Positions 10,539 to 20,152 of a stretch of DNA of 33,455 nucleotides are shown in pieces; positions within the stretch are counted from its first letter, which is position 1, and every line of letters begins with the position of its first letter. The stretch lies in contig CAVPIB010000015.1 of the NCBI GenBank assembly GCA_963704885.1, forward strand, positions 1 through 33,455, written 5' to 3'. The notes under the pieces were generated by a model. The model had not been told where the DNA came from and searched no databases. It saw only the letters and a list, made by a program, of their open reading frames with translations. Origin of the DNA: an uncultured Actinomycetes bacterium. Lineage in GTDB: Bacteria > Actinomycetota > UBA4738 > HRBIN12. Made by a program: the position numbers and the translations under genes.

Positions 10539-11489
10539 ATGGGTCAGACCGAGGCGCCGTCACGCACGGCCGCCTTCGAGCTTCTGGTGCTCATCCGCCG
10601 CTTCGAAGAGGAGGCGAGACGCCTTTCTCTTTCCGCTTCGCTTCCGGGGGCTGTGCATCTCGCGACGGGGCATGAGGCGGTGAGCGTTGGGGTCGGCTCG
10701 GCGATCGAACCTACGGACTGGGTAGCTTGTACCTATCGGGGTCACGGACACGCTCTGACAGCCGGGGTGACTCCGCGCGCCCTCATGGCGGAGCTACTGG
10801 GTCGCGAGACCGGCATCTGCGGTGGCCGTGCGGGATCGATGAACATCGTGGCTCGCGAGCACCGATTGCTCGGTTCGTTCGGGATCATCGGCGGAAGCAT
10901 CGCTGCCGCTACGGGGGCCGGACTGTCACTTCGCGGCACGGGCGCAGCCGCGATCGCGTTCTTCGGTGACGGGGCGGTGAATCAGGCGTACTTCCTTGAA
11001 TGCCTCAATCTCGCCGCGGTGCTGTCCCTCCCGGTTCTGTTCGTGTGCGAGAACAACCTGTACAGCGAGTACACCCGCACCGATGTCGTCACCGGAGGCT
11101 CCATCGCCGATCGCGCCAGGGCCATGGGAGTCGTCGCCGAGGTGGTGGACGGCATGGACGTGCGAGAGGTCAGCCGGGTCGCGGGCTCCGCGCTCGAGGA
11201 GGTTCGGCGGGGTACCGGGCCCCGGTTCGTGGAGGCCGAGACCTATCGGTTCGTGCCGCACAGCCGAGCCGATCCCGTTGCCTACCAGCCTCCCGACGAG
11301 GTGGAGCGATGGAAGGCGCGCGATCCGATCGATCAGGAGCGCGTCCGCCTGCTCGCCGAGGGCGCGGATGCAGGCGAGCTGGATTCGCTCACGCGATCGA
11401 TCGATGAGCAGGTCAAGGCCGCGATCGCGGCCGCGTTCGAGGATCCGTTCCCTGAGATCGGGTCACTCCTGGACGGAGAGTTCCTCTGA
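10539..11489 (+). CDS. ThDP-dependent dehydrogenase E1 alpha subunit (AcoA/PdhA-like)
   Basis: GAVHLATGHEA, TYRGHGHAL, GRAGSMN, ThDP motif GDGA...ENN and YRFVPHS. Intact ORF with a probable leaderless start. Confidence 0.9.
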   Translation: MGQTEAPSRTAAFELLVLIRRFEEEARRLSLSASLPGAVHLATGHEAVSVGVGSAIEPTDWVACTYRGHGHALTAGVTPRALMAELLGRETGICGGRAGSMNIVAREHRLLGSFGIIGGSIAAATGAGLSLRGTGAAAIAFFGDGAVNQAYFLECLNLAAVLSLPVLFVCENNLYSEYTRTDVVTGGSIADRARAMGVVAEVVDGMDVREVSRVAGSALEEVRRGTGPRFVEAETYRFVPHSRADPVAYQPPDEVERWKARDPIDQERVRLLAEGADAGELDSLTRSIDEQVKAAIAAAFEDPFPEIGSLLDGEFL

Positions 11490-11500
11490 GCGCCGGATCG

Positions 11501-12460
11501 GTGTCGATCAGGGATGCCCTTCACGCCGCCCTCGCGGACGAGTTGTCCGCGGACGCGTCCGTGATCTTGTTGGGCGAAGACATCGGCATGGCCGGCGGCG
11601 TCTTCGCCGTCACGAGCGGTCTCATAGAGCGGTTCGGCCCGGAGCGGGTGATCGATACGCCGATCTCCGAGCTGGCTCTGACCGGGGCAGGGTTCGGCGC
11701 CGCCGTGACCGGATCGCGTCCGGTGGTGGAGATCATGTTCGGCGACTTCATGGCGCTGGCGATGGATCCACTCCTGAACCAGGCCGCGAAGTATGCGTTC
11801 GTCTCGAACGGGCAGGGCGGCGTCCCGATAGTTGTCCGATGCGCCGTCGGAGGCGGGGCGCGCATGGGGGCGATGCACTCGCAGGTCCCTGCGTCGTGGT
11901 TCATGGGCGTTCCGGGCCTGAAGATCGTGGCTCCGAGCGATCCGGCGTCTGCCTACGGTCTGTTGCGGGCGTCGATCCGCGATGACAACCCGGTGATCTT
12001 CATGGAGCACAAGATGCTCTATTCGGAGAAGGGTCCGAGTTGGAGCGACGAGCCGATGCCGATCGGGCGCGCCGCGATCGTGCGCGACGGGACGGACGTC
12101 ACCATCGTCACAGCCATGCGATCGACACTTGATGCCGTGGAGGCGGCCGGGCGGCTGAGCGCTGAGAACGGGATCGAGGCAGCCGTGATCGATCTCCGAT
12201 CCCTCCGTCCTCTCGACATGGCGACGATCATGTCCTCGCTGTCGATCACCAACCGCGCGATGGTCGTGGAGGAGGGGCCGAAGACCGGAGGATGGGCGGG
12301 TGAGGTCGTGGCTTCGATCGCCGAGACCGCCTGGGGTGAGCTGGAGGACCTCTGGCGCCTGACGTCGCCTGACCTTCCGACCCCATTCAGCGCGCCGTTG
12401 GAGGACGACTTCCTACCGCGGGTTGACGCGATCGTCGGATCGGTCCTGAGCCACGCCTGA
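11501..12460 (+). CDS. ThDP-dependent dehydrogenase E1 beta subunit (AcoB/PdhB-like)
   Basis: GEDIG..GGVF, RVIDTPISE, RPVVEIMFGDF, HSQ, NPVIFMEHK and IDLRSLRPLD. Intact ORF. Confidence 0.92.
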   Translation: MSIRDALHAALADELSADASVILLGEDIGMAGGVFAVTSGLIERFGPERVIDTPISELALTGAGFGAAVTGSRPVVEIMFGDFMALAMDPLLNQAAKYAFVSNGQGGVPIVVRCAVGGGARMGAMHSQVPASWFMGVPGLKIVAPSDPASAYGLLRASIRDDNPVIFMEHKMLYSEKGPSWSDEPMPIGRAAIVRDGTDVTIVTAMRSTLDAVEAAGRLSAENGIEAAVIDLRSLRPLDMATIMSSLSITNRAMVVEEGPKTGGWAGEVVASIAETAWGELEDLWRLTSPDLPTPFSAPLEDDFLPRVDAIVGSVLSHA

Positions 12461-12464
12461 CCGG

Positions 12465-13448
12465 TCAGCGGCGAGCCGCGATCGCCTCTTCGGCGGCCGC
12501 CAACACGGCACCGGCCGTCAGGCCGTGCGTTCGGGCGACGTAGTCGTTGGTGCCGAACGAGCAGAACTCATCTCGCACGCCCACGGGCCGCACGGGCACC
12601 CCGACCCCTTCGCGCGCGAGCACCTCCGACACGCAGGAGAACAATCCGCCGATGATCGAGTGGTTCTCGGCCGTCACCAGCGCGCCCGTCTCGTGCGCGA
12701 GCGCGAGCACCGCTGCGCCGTCGAACGGCTTGATCGTGGACATCTTCAACACGGCGGCCGATACGCCCTGGTCTGCAAGCGCCGTCGCGGCATCGAGCGA
12801 GCGCCGCACCATCACGCCGCTGGTGACGATACCCACGTCGGTCCCCTCGTGCAGGATCTGCCCCTCACCGATCCTGAACGTGTGGCTTCCCCTCTCCACA
12901 TCTGGCGTCTCACGGCCGAGCAGCTCGCGCAGGTACACCGGACCCTCGAAGTCAACGACCGCGTGCGTTGCCTCAGCCATCTCGGCGTTGTCGCACGGGT
13001 CGATCACGGTCATGTTCGGCAGCGCTCGCATGTGCGCCAGGTCGTCGATCCCTTGGTGCGTCGGGCCGAACGTCGAGTAGATCCCCGGAAGCGCGGCCAC
13101 TATCTTCACGTTCGCACGGTTCAGCGCACATTGGATGGCTATGAAGTCGAGAGCTCGGCGCGTGGCGAACACGGCGAACGTGGTGGCGACCGGTGTGAAC
13201 CCTGCCTTCCACAGACCCACCGCCGCGCTTGATCAGGTTCTCCTCGGCCATGCCGACGTTGATGAACCGATCCGGGAACGCCTGGGCGAACGGGTGTAGT
13301 CCCGTGACGCCGGCGACGTCGGCGGAGAGCGTGACCACGTCTGGCCGGCGTTCGCCGATCTCCAGGATCGCGTGACCGAACGGGCCGGACTTCGCCAAGA
13401 CGACCGGGTCGACCGGTGGATGGCCCGTGCCGGCAGCGTGTCGCTCAC
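12465..13448 (-). CDS. Transketolase C-terminal subunit (split transketolase), frameshifted
   Basis: LSADV, FPDRFINVGMAEENL, VFATRRALDF, GPTHQ, GPVYLR, TIKPFD and ENHSIIGGL. The GTG start overlaps the upstream stop. Confidence 0.88.
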
Positions 13449-14279
13449 GTGGATCCTTCCAGCTGGCGCGTGACCGCGTCCCACTCGTCGTCGTCCACAC
13501 GGACGAAGTGATTGCGTTCGCGCTCCATGATCAGCGGAACGCCACATCCGAGCGTGGTGCGACAGACCACGGCCTTCGGTCGACCGGTCACCTCACGCGC
13601 CCGATCGAACGCGCCCAGCAGCGCCGCGATGTCGTTGCCGTCGACCTCGTCCACCCACCAGCCGAACGCGCGCCACTTCTCAGCGTGCGGCTCGATCTCC
13701 AGGACCAGGTCGCCATCGGCCTGAACGCGATTGACGTCGATCACGTTCACCAGGTTGTCAAGGCCTTGCGCCGCGGCGAACATCGCCGACTCCCAGGTGG
13801 AGCCCTCCTGGACCTCTCCGTCGGACATGAAGTTGAAGACGCGCGCCGGGTGGCCCTTCAGGCGGAGCCCGATCGCCAGGCCCGCCGCCACACCAAGGCC
13901 GTGCGCGAGTGAGCCGCCCGTCATTTCGATCAACGGAGGGTGCCCCTCGTACGTGGACATGATGAGCGTGGTGCCGTCGGCACCGTAGGTGTCAAGATCC
14001 TTCGCCCAAGTGGCCTGCCTCCGCGAGTGCGGCCCACAGTCCGATGGAGTAGTGGCCCGCCGAGTAGATCAGGCGATCGATATCGGGAGAGCGGTCGACC
14101 GGGTCGTAGCGCATCTCAGATAGGAGTAGGACGGCGAGGATGTCGGCCACGTCCAGTCCCTGACCCACGTATTCCTCACCTTTGCCGGCGCACATCCGCA
14201 CGACGTTCTTGCGTATCTGCTTTGCTCGGGTTCGGAGCTCGTCTATGGACGCGCCAGTTGAACTCCGCTTCGGTTGCAG
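13445..14279 (-). CDS. Transketolase N-terminal subunit (split transketolase, atypical GY subfamily); frameshift near 13995, start approximate
   Basis: RAKQIRKNVVRM, DRLIYSAGH, GGSLAHGL, ThDP motif SDGEVQEGSTWE...DVNRVQADG, EKWRAFGW and VDGND. GGAGGG RBS at about 14283-14288. Confidence 0.88.
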
Positions 14280-14289
14280 ATGCCCTCCT

Positions 14290-14320
14290 AGTCAGAAGGT
14301 GAGCAGATAACCTGCTGACT
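14290..14320. promoter_or_regulatory. Operator-like site 4 upstream of the transketolase operon
   Basis: AGTCAGAAGGT-gagcagata-ACCTGCTGACT is an inverted repeat matching at 10 of 11 positions. It contains the 19-mer identical to 10494-10512. Confidence 0.75.
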
Positions 14321-14386
14321 CTCAGTATACGATGGCTGGAGATCCGGGGTCGACCGGGCCGGGACGCCCGGCCGTAGGCTTAGCCC

Positions 14387-15263
14387 GTGATCGTGCACCT
14401 GGTGGACGGGACGTACGAGCTGTTCCGTTACCACTTCGGGGTGCCCTCACACGTGACCGACGACGGCCGCGAAGTCGCCGAGCGACGCGAGGGGTCCTCG
14501 GCTCCATGCTCTCCATGCTCGAGGGCGGTGCTACCCACGTGGGTATCGCCACCGATCACGTCATCGAGTCGTTCCGCAACGCGTTGCTCGAGAGCTACAA
14601 GACGGGCGAGGGCGTCGATCCCGTGCTCCGCTCGCAGTTCGAGCTCTTCGAAGACACGCTAAGGGCAGTCGGGTTCTGCGTCTGGCCGATGGAGGACTAC
14701 GAGGCCGATGACGCTCTCGGCTCGGCCGCCAGCGTGGCCGCCTCCGACCTACGCGTCGAGCGGGTGATCATCTGCACACCCGACAAGGATCTGGGCCAGT
14801 GCGTGAGTGCCGATGGGCGGGTGGTGCAGTTCGACCGGCGAGAGGCCCTGACCGACTTCGCCGGCGTCGTGGCCAAGTTCGGCGTGGCGGAGAGCATCCC
14901 GGACTACCTGGCTCTGGTCGGCGACACGGCCGACGGGATCCCAGGCGTGCCCGGCTGGGGGGCGAAGACCTCAGCGACCGTGCTTGCCCGCTACCGGCAT
15001 CTGGAAGACATCCCGCTACAGGCGGGCCTCTGGGACATCTCCGTGCGGGGGAGGGCGAACCTGCTGCGAACCCTGGCCGAGCGGTTGGAGGAGGCGTTCC
15101 TCTACAGGCGGCTGGCGACGATCGACACGAACGCGCCGACGATCAGTGGGTCGAGGAGCTCGAGTGGACGGGTCCGGCCGAGGGCTTCGAGGAGTCGCTG
15201 AGGGCGATCGACGCCGACGGGTCCATCGCGCGCATCATGAGGCTCACCGACACGCGCGGTTGA
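14387..15263 (+). CDS. 5'-3' exonuclease / flap endonuclease (Xni/ExoIX-like), frameshifted
   Basis: VHLVDGTYELFR, SFRN..YK, YEADD, TPDKDL and H3TH motif LALVGDTADGIPGVPGWGAKT. TAGGCT -10 lies 6 nt upstream of the GTG. Confidence 0.9.
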
Positions 15264-15352
15264 GCGAAGGTCCTCCCGGGTGGGTGACGGCTGTTTCCGA
15301 CCGTGGGCCACGTCACGCTAGGCTCTCTGCCTTCGCCGGAGGGAGCCGAGAC

Positions 15353-16472
15353 ATGCCGACACGCCACACGCCATACCACCAGCGGTTCATGGAGCTCGGG
15401 GCTGAGATGGGGGGATAGGATCGGGTTCGACGCGGCGGTCGTATTCTCATCGACCGAGAAGGAGCACCTGGCCACACGCCGAAGGTGTGGGGCTGTACAA
15501 CATCTACTACCAGGGCGCCTCGACATCAAGGGTCCCGATGCGCAGGCGCTCCTGGACCATGTCCTGGCGCGTGACGTGCCGCGGCGGTTGGCCACCGACG
15601 GTCAGGTGCTCTACTCCTCGGTCTGCAACGCGGACGGCGGCATGATCGACGATCTCACCGCTTACCGGCTGGGCCCGGAGCACTACTGGCTGATCGCCAC
15701 GCCGGCCCGCGCCGAGATCGTTGGGACTCACGTGACCGAGCACGCGCGCGATCGCCGCGCCTATGTGACCAACTGCATCTCGGGCACTGCGTATCTGTCC
15801 GTACAGGGCCCGGGTTCGCGCGAGCTGCTCGCGCCGCTCGCGGAGGCGGATCTGTCGACCGACCGGCTCCTCTACTTCAAGTGTGTTCGAACCGTGGTCG
15901 CCGACGTGCCCACCCTCGTATCGCGCACCGGCTACTCGGGCGAGCTGGGGTACGAGCTCTACTACCCGCGCGACTACGCGCTCCACATGTGGGACACGCT
16001 CACGAACGCCGGGGCCACGCCGTGCGGGTTGGGGGCGCTACGGAGCGTTCGCATGGAGAAGAAGTACCCGCTCTACGGCCTGGACGTTAGCGAGACCACG
16101 TCGCCGCTGGAGGCGGGTCTGGGATGGGCGGTCGACCTGGATGGGTCAGAGCATCCGGGACGCGACGCGCTGCTGCGTCAGCGCGATGAGGGGATCGCAC
16201 GGCTCCTCACGGGGATCGAGTTCCCCGACCTGTCGTTCGTCCCGTCCGCTGGGGACGCCGTGGCGACCGCCGGCGGAGAGCCGCTCGGCACTCTCACGTC
16301 CGCGGACCGCGGCTGGTTCCTTGGCAAGGCGCTGGCGATGGGCTATCTCCCCTCCCGACCACCTGCCCACCGGTATCCCGCTCCCCGTGGCCTCGGCTCG
16401 CGGACCCAGTGCGAAGGCCTCACTTCGGATCGACCGTTCTACGACCCGGACGGAACGCGCGTCCGCGCTTAG
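15353..16472 (+). CDS. Aminomethyltransferase family protein (GcvT-like), frameshifted near the 5' end
   Basis: GGAGGGAG RBS and MPTRHTPYH start. GGMIDDL, VQGP, SRTGYSGELGYE, GLGALRSVRMEK, SPLEAGLGW and PFYDP. Confidence 0.88.
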
Positions 16473-16492
16473 GGTGCCTGGCGGTGGAACGC

Positions 16493-17173
16493 ATGGAGTT
16501 GTTGCTCGGCAGGCGCGCCCTGGTGACGGGCGCCAACCGTGGCATCAGGCCTCGAGGTTGTACGGCTCTTGGGTGAGCTTGGCCTGGAGGTCTTCCTAGG
16601 CTCGCGCGATCCGGAGGCGGGGGCGAGGGCAGCAGCAGCGCTCGGATCGCCGCGCATCACGCCGGTGCGCATCGACGTATCCGATCCCTCGAGCGTGAAG
16701 GCTGCTCATGATTCTCTGGCGCCGGCCGGCATCGACGTGCTGGTCAACAACGCCGCGATCAACCACAGCTCGATCACGCCGGAGGAGGCCGACCGGGCTT
16801 GGCAGGTGAACGCGCTGGGGTGTTGGCGCGTGACACAGGCGTTCCTGCCGCCGATGCGTGAGCACGGCTGGGGCCGGATCGTGAACGTCTCTTCCGAGGT
16901 GGCCGCGAACGCGCATGAGCAGCGGGGCGGAGGGATCTACGCCGCGACCAAGATCGCTCTCAACGTCATGACCCGCGCGCTCGCAGAAGATCTAGAAGGG
17001 ACCGGGATCTTGGTGAACGCGATCAGTCCGGGGTGGTGCCGATCGGACATGGGTGGTGCGAGCGCACCGCGATCGGTCGAGCAGGGTGCTGCGAGCATCG
17101 TCTGGGGAGTGACGCCCTCGATGACGGTCCATCCGGAGGCTACTTCCAGGACGGCGAACCGCTGGCCTGGTAG
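16493..17173 (+). CDS. SDR family oxidoreductase (carbonyl-reductase-like), frameshifted
   Basis: ALVTGANRGI, LVNNAA, NVSS, YAATK, VNAISPGWCRSDMGG and C-terminal YFQDGEPLAW. Confidence 0.88.
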
Positions 17174-17189
17174 CGGCGAGCGCGAACCT

Positions 17190-17216
17190 TGTCGATATCA
17201 GCCGGGGCCCTTCGTC
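17190..17216 (+). promoter_or_regulatory. ECF42-type sigma promoter (TGTCGA-N17-CGTC) upstream of the YciI gene
   Basis: TGTCGA at 17190-17195 and CGTC at 17213-17216. This motif and YCII/DGPF target genes are characteristic of ECF42 sigma factors. Confidence 0.55.
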
Positions 17217-17269
17217 GTAAAGGGTGATGGTCCCGCGCCGGGACCCGCGAACCGCAAGGAGGGGATGGC

Positions 17270-17584
17270 ATGGCGAAGTACCTGCTGCTCTACGGAGGCG
17301 GCCAGATGCCCGAAGGTGAGGCAGCTCAGGCCCAGGTCATGGCGGCTTGGGAGGCGTGGTTCACGGAGCTCGGCCCGGCGGTCGCCGACCCCGGTAACCC
17401 GTTCACGCCCGCCGCGAAGAAGATCGCGAGCGACGGCGCCGTGGGTGACACCCACCCCACAGCAAGTGGCTACTCGATCGTCGAGGCGGACTCGCTCGAC
17501 ATCGCGGCCAAGCTCGCCGCCGGATGCCCGGTCCTGCAGGGCGGTGCCGACATCACCGTCTTCGAGACCTTCAACGTGATGTAG
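17270..17584 (+). CDS. YciI / YCII-related protein
   Basis: AAGGAGG RBS. MAKYLLLY, WEAWFTELG, DPGNPF and SGYSIVEADSLDIA...CP. Confidence 0.85.
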   Translation: MAKYLLLYGGGQMPEGEAAQAQVMAAWEAWFTELGPAVADPGNPFTPAAKKIASDGAVGDTHPTASGYSIVEADSLDIAAKLAAGCPVLQGGADITVFETFNVM

Positions 17585-17605
17585 GAACCTCCACGGGTAT
17601 GTGAG

Positions 17606-17629
17606 CGCGGCGGCGTCCTCGCCGCCGCG
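17606..17629. terminator. GC-rich hairpin between convergent genes
   Basis: CGCGGCGGCG-TCCT-CGCCGCCGCG, a perfect 10-bp stem between the YciI and DDN stop codons. No long U-tract. Confidence 0.6.
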
Positions 17630-17638
17630 TTCGCGTAT

Positions 17639-18052
17639 CTAGGCGCGGTCGAGGACGATCACCGGGATCGTTCGATGCCCGGCGGTCTTCTCCTCGTACT
17701 CGCCGAACTGTGGGAACTTCGCCACCTGCCGAGCGTAGAGTTCGTCGCGTTCTGGCCCCTCGCGGAGGATCTTCGCGTTCACGGGGACGCTTTCGATTCC
17801 CAGCTCGATCGTGGCGTGTGCATCGGCCTCCAGGTTGAGGAACCAGTGCGGGTGCGCGACGTGGCCGCCCTTCGACGCGAAGATGACCCACTGTTCGCCA
17901 TCGGGCAGGTACATCAATGGACACACGTGCTCGCCTCCGGTGCGGCGTCCTGTTGAGTGCAACAGAAGGAGAGGCGCCCCTTCGAACGTGCCGCCGACGC
18001 GACCCTCGTTCGATCGGAACTCCTCGATGACGTTCGTGTTCCAGTCGCTCAC
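17639..18052 (-). CDS. Nitroreductase family deazaflavin (F420H2)-dependent oxidoreductase (DDN-like)
   Basis: NVIEEFRSNEGRVGG, LLLLHSTGRRTG, ASKGG...HPHWFLNL and EYEEKT..RTIPVIVL. Confidence 0.92.
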   Translation of the reverse strand: MSDWNTNVIEEFRSNEGRVGGTFEGAPLLLLHSTGRRTGGEHVCPLMYLPDGEQWVIFASKGGHVAHPHWFLNLEADAHATIELGIESVPVNAKILREGPERDELYARQVAKFPQFGEYEEKTAGHRTIPVIVLDRA

Positions 18053-18125
18053 GCGTACTCCTTTTCAAGGTGTCGCGGGTGGAACCTGACGGAGCCGAGA
18101 AGCATTCCCGAACGACCGGCCCTCT

Positions 18126-19346
18126 TCAGCTGCTTCCCGTGACCTTGGCACGAGGTCGCTCGAAGCGTCCGAAGATGGCGATCATGCCGAGGAGGATCAT
18201 TCCCGGGACGAACGACCATCGTGCGCGTTCCGCCCGCCATCGTGCCGTGCTGTCCGTCTCGTGGCCGAATCCGAGCGGCCAGAGCAGGAGCACGGCAAGC
18301 AGGTAGGCGGTCATGTGCCAAAGGAACAGTGTCATGATCACGCCGTTCACGGCGATCTATCGCCACGGCCACCGGCGTTGGAGCCATCTAGAGAGCCGGG
18401 GCCGAAGCAGCATCACCGCGCCGATCGACCACACGCCGCCGAGCATGAAGCAGACCGTGGGTGGGTAGGCGTTCGACACGGCCTCGATGTCCGTGCCGAG
18501 CAGGCTCTTCGGGTAGGTGCCGATCCCTGGGAACCAGGAGTAACGGATGTCGCCGAACAGCTTCCACAGGGGAGGGTTCGTCAGAAGGATCAAGCCCGAG
18601 AGGCCCGCGACGACCATCGCCCAGAACGCCCTGCGGGGCCATCGCGTCATGCTCTCATCGCCGTAAGCGTGTCCTAGCTGATGTGGGAACAGCAGGACGA
18701 ACGCCACGTTTGCCCAGCGAGCGAGGGGATGTCCGCCCATGAACCCGATCGCATCCGTGAGGAACGCTCCTGCGACCATCGCCGCCGGGACCCAGAGCCC
18801 GAAACGTCGGTGCAGGGCGATCGTCCACGGCGAGATGCAGACGACCACGACGTAGACGGCCAGGAACCAAGGGGGCCGAACGGGATCGTCGCGCCCGGCG
18901 GGAGCATTCCGCCGCAGCGGTCTGGTGTCTCCCCAAAGAGGCGGTCCCGCGGTGGCGCCTATGTCGGCTAGGTGCAGCGCGATCTGTACGACGGCCCATA
19001 CACCCAGGAACACGAGCGACGGGCGCAGGAGCCGTGCGAGACGGTCACGGACGAACGCGCCGGTCGACTTGCCTCGCTCCTGATAGGAATCGAACGCTAC
19101 GAGGTTAGAGAAGCCACCCACGAAGAAGAAGATCGGCATCACCTGGAGGAACCAGGTCGCCAGCCAGAGCCACGACGTGAGGCCGATCGCACTGGTCGAT
19201 CGGATGAACCCATGATCCCAAGCGATCATCGCGATCGTCCAGTGGCCGACCACGACACACAGGATGCTCACTGCACGCAGGAAGTCGACATAGCGATCCC
19301 GCGTTGCGGGGGTCCGATCGGCCAGCTCGCCGATGCTCGCCGTCAT
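18126..19346 (-). CDS. Acyltransferase 3 family membrane protein, frameshifted
   Basis: RDRYVDFLRAVSILCVVVGHW, TWFLQVMPIFFFVGGF, WFLAVY, SNAYPPT and MTLFLWHM. Confidence 0.88.
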
Positions 19347-19355
19347 GGGTCAAGT

Positions 19356-20039
19356 TCACGCGTCTCGGCGCGTCAGGTCAAGGGGCGAGGGCCATCGACC
19401 GTGGGAGAGCGTGTGTGCGTATGCGACGAGCGCGACGGCCACCAGGATGTGCCAGATCGCATGCCACTGGAACAAGCTCTCGGGCCGGCAGAGCGGCGAG
19501 CCCGTCTGGCCCAACAGATATGCGACTCCACCCAGCGCGATCGCGGCCAGACCAACCTTGCGGGCGAGGGCTCCACGCCGGAGACCCTCGGACCGGCGGG
19601 TTCGGCGATCGCCGGAGAGCGTCGTGACCTCGCCTAGGACCGCGCGGCCAAGGTGCCTGCGAACGGATCCGACGCGCCGTTGATGGCGGCAAGGCCCAGT
19701 CCGATGGCGACGAGACCGATCGCGTAGCCACCCGCCTGTATGCCTGGACGCCACCCCAAGGATGTGTCCGAACGCGCGGACCGCGATGAAGAGCAGGACG
19801 GCCATGATCGCGGCGTCGTGCGCCCACTGCGCCCAAGAGGGATCGGGACCGTGAAGCGCGAAGCTCCCAACGCCGTTCGCGGCCACCGCGAGCGCGAGCA
19901 CCAGCAGGGCGGTGCGCGTCGTGCCTTCGCGCCGGAACGCGAAGATCAGGATGCAGCCGGCGGCGACCAGGAACGCCATGCTAGATAGGGCGTTCGTGGG
20001 TTGGTGGAGGAAGCCCGAGACGATGAGTTCGCAGTCCAT
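19356..20039 (-). CDS. Ceramidase-domain (CREST superfamily) membrane protein, frameshifted
   Basis: DCE...QPTNALSS, GSFALH (SxxxH) and CRPES.FQWHAIWH (HxxWH), with several hydrophobic helices. Confidence 0.7.
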   Translation of the reverse strand: MDCELIVSGFLHQPTNALSSMAFLVAAGCILIFAFRREGTTRTALLVLALAVAANGVGSFALHGPDPSWAQWAHDAAIMAVLLFIAVRAFGHILGVASRHTGGWLRDRSRRHRTGPCRHQRRVGSVRRHLGRAVLGEVTTLSGDRRTRRSEGLRRGALARKVGLAAIALGGVAYLLGQTGSPLCRPESLFQWHAIWHILVAVALVAYAHTLSHGRWPSPLDLTRRDA

Positions 20040-20152
20040 GGCCGTTCAGTCATCATCGCACCCCGAGCGCCGTGGCTATCACTCGATCCCTCGCCAAGGA
20101 TGGCTGGTTTCCCTGATGCTTTGGTCGACCCGACCTGTCAGACTCCCGACCG

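Noticed and set aside
7606-14279. Calling the cluster an apiose/apionate pathway
   Set aside because: No apiose isomerase, kinase or apionate oxidoisomerase is present. The transporter is polyamine-type and amine-handling enzymes are included.
16539-17579. 346-aa ORF apparently fusing the SDR with downstream sequence
   Set aside because: Frameshift read-through. The SDR ends at 17173 and YciI has its own RBS and promoter.
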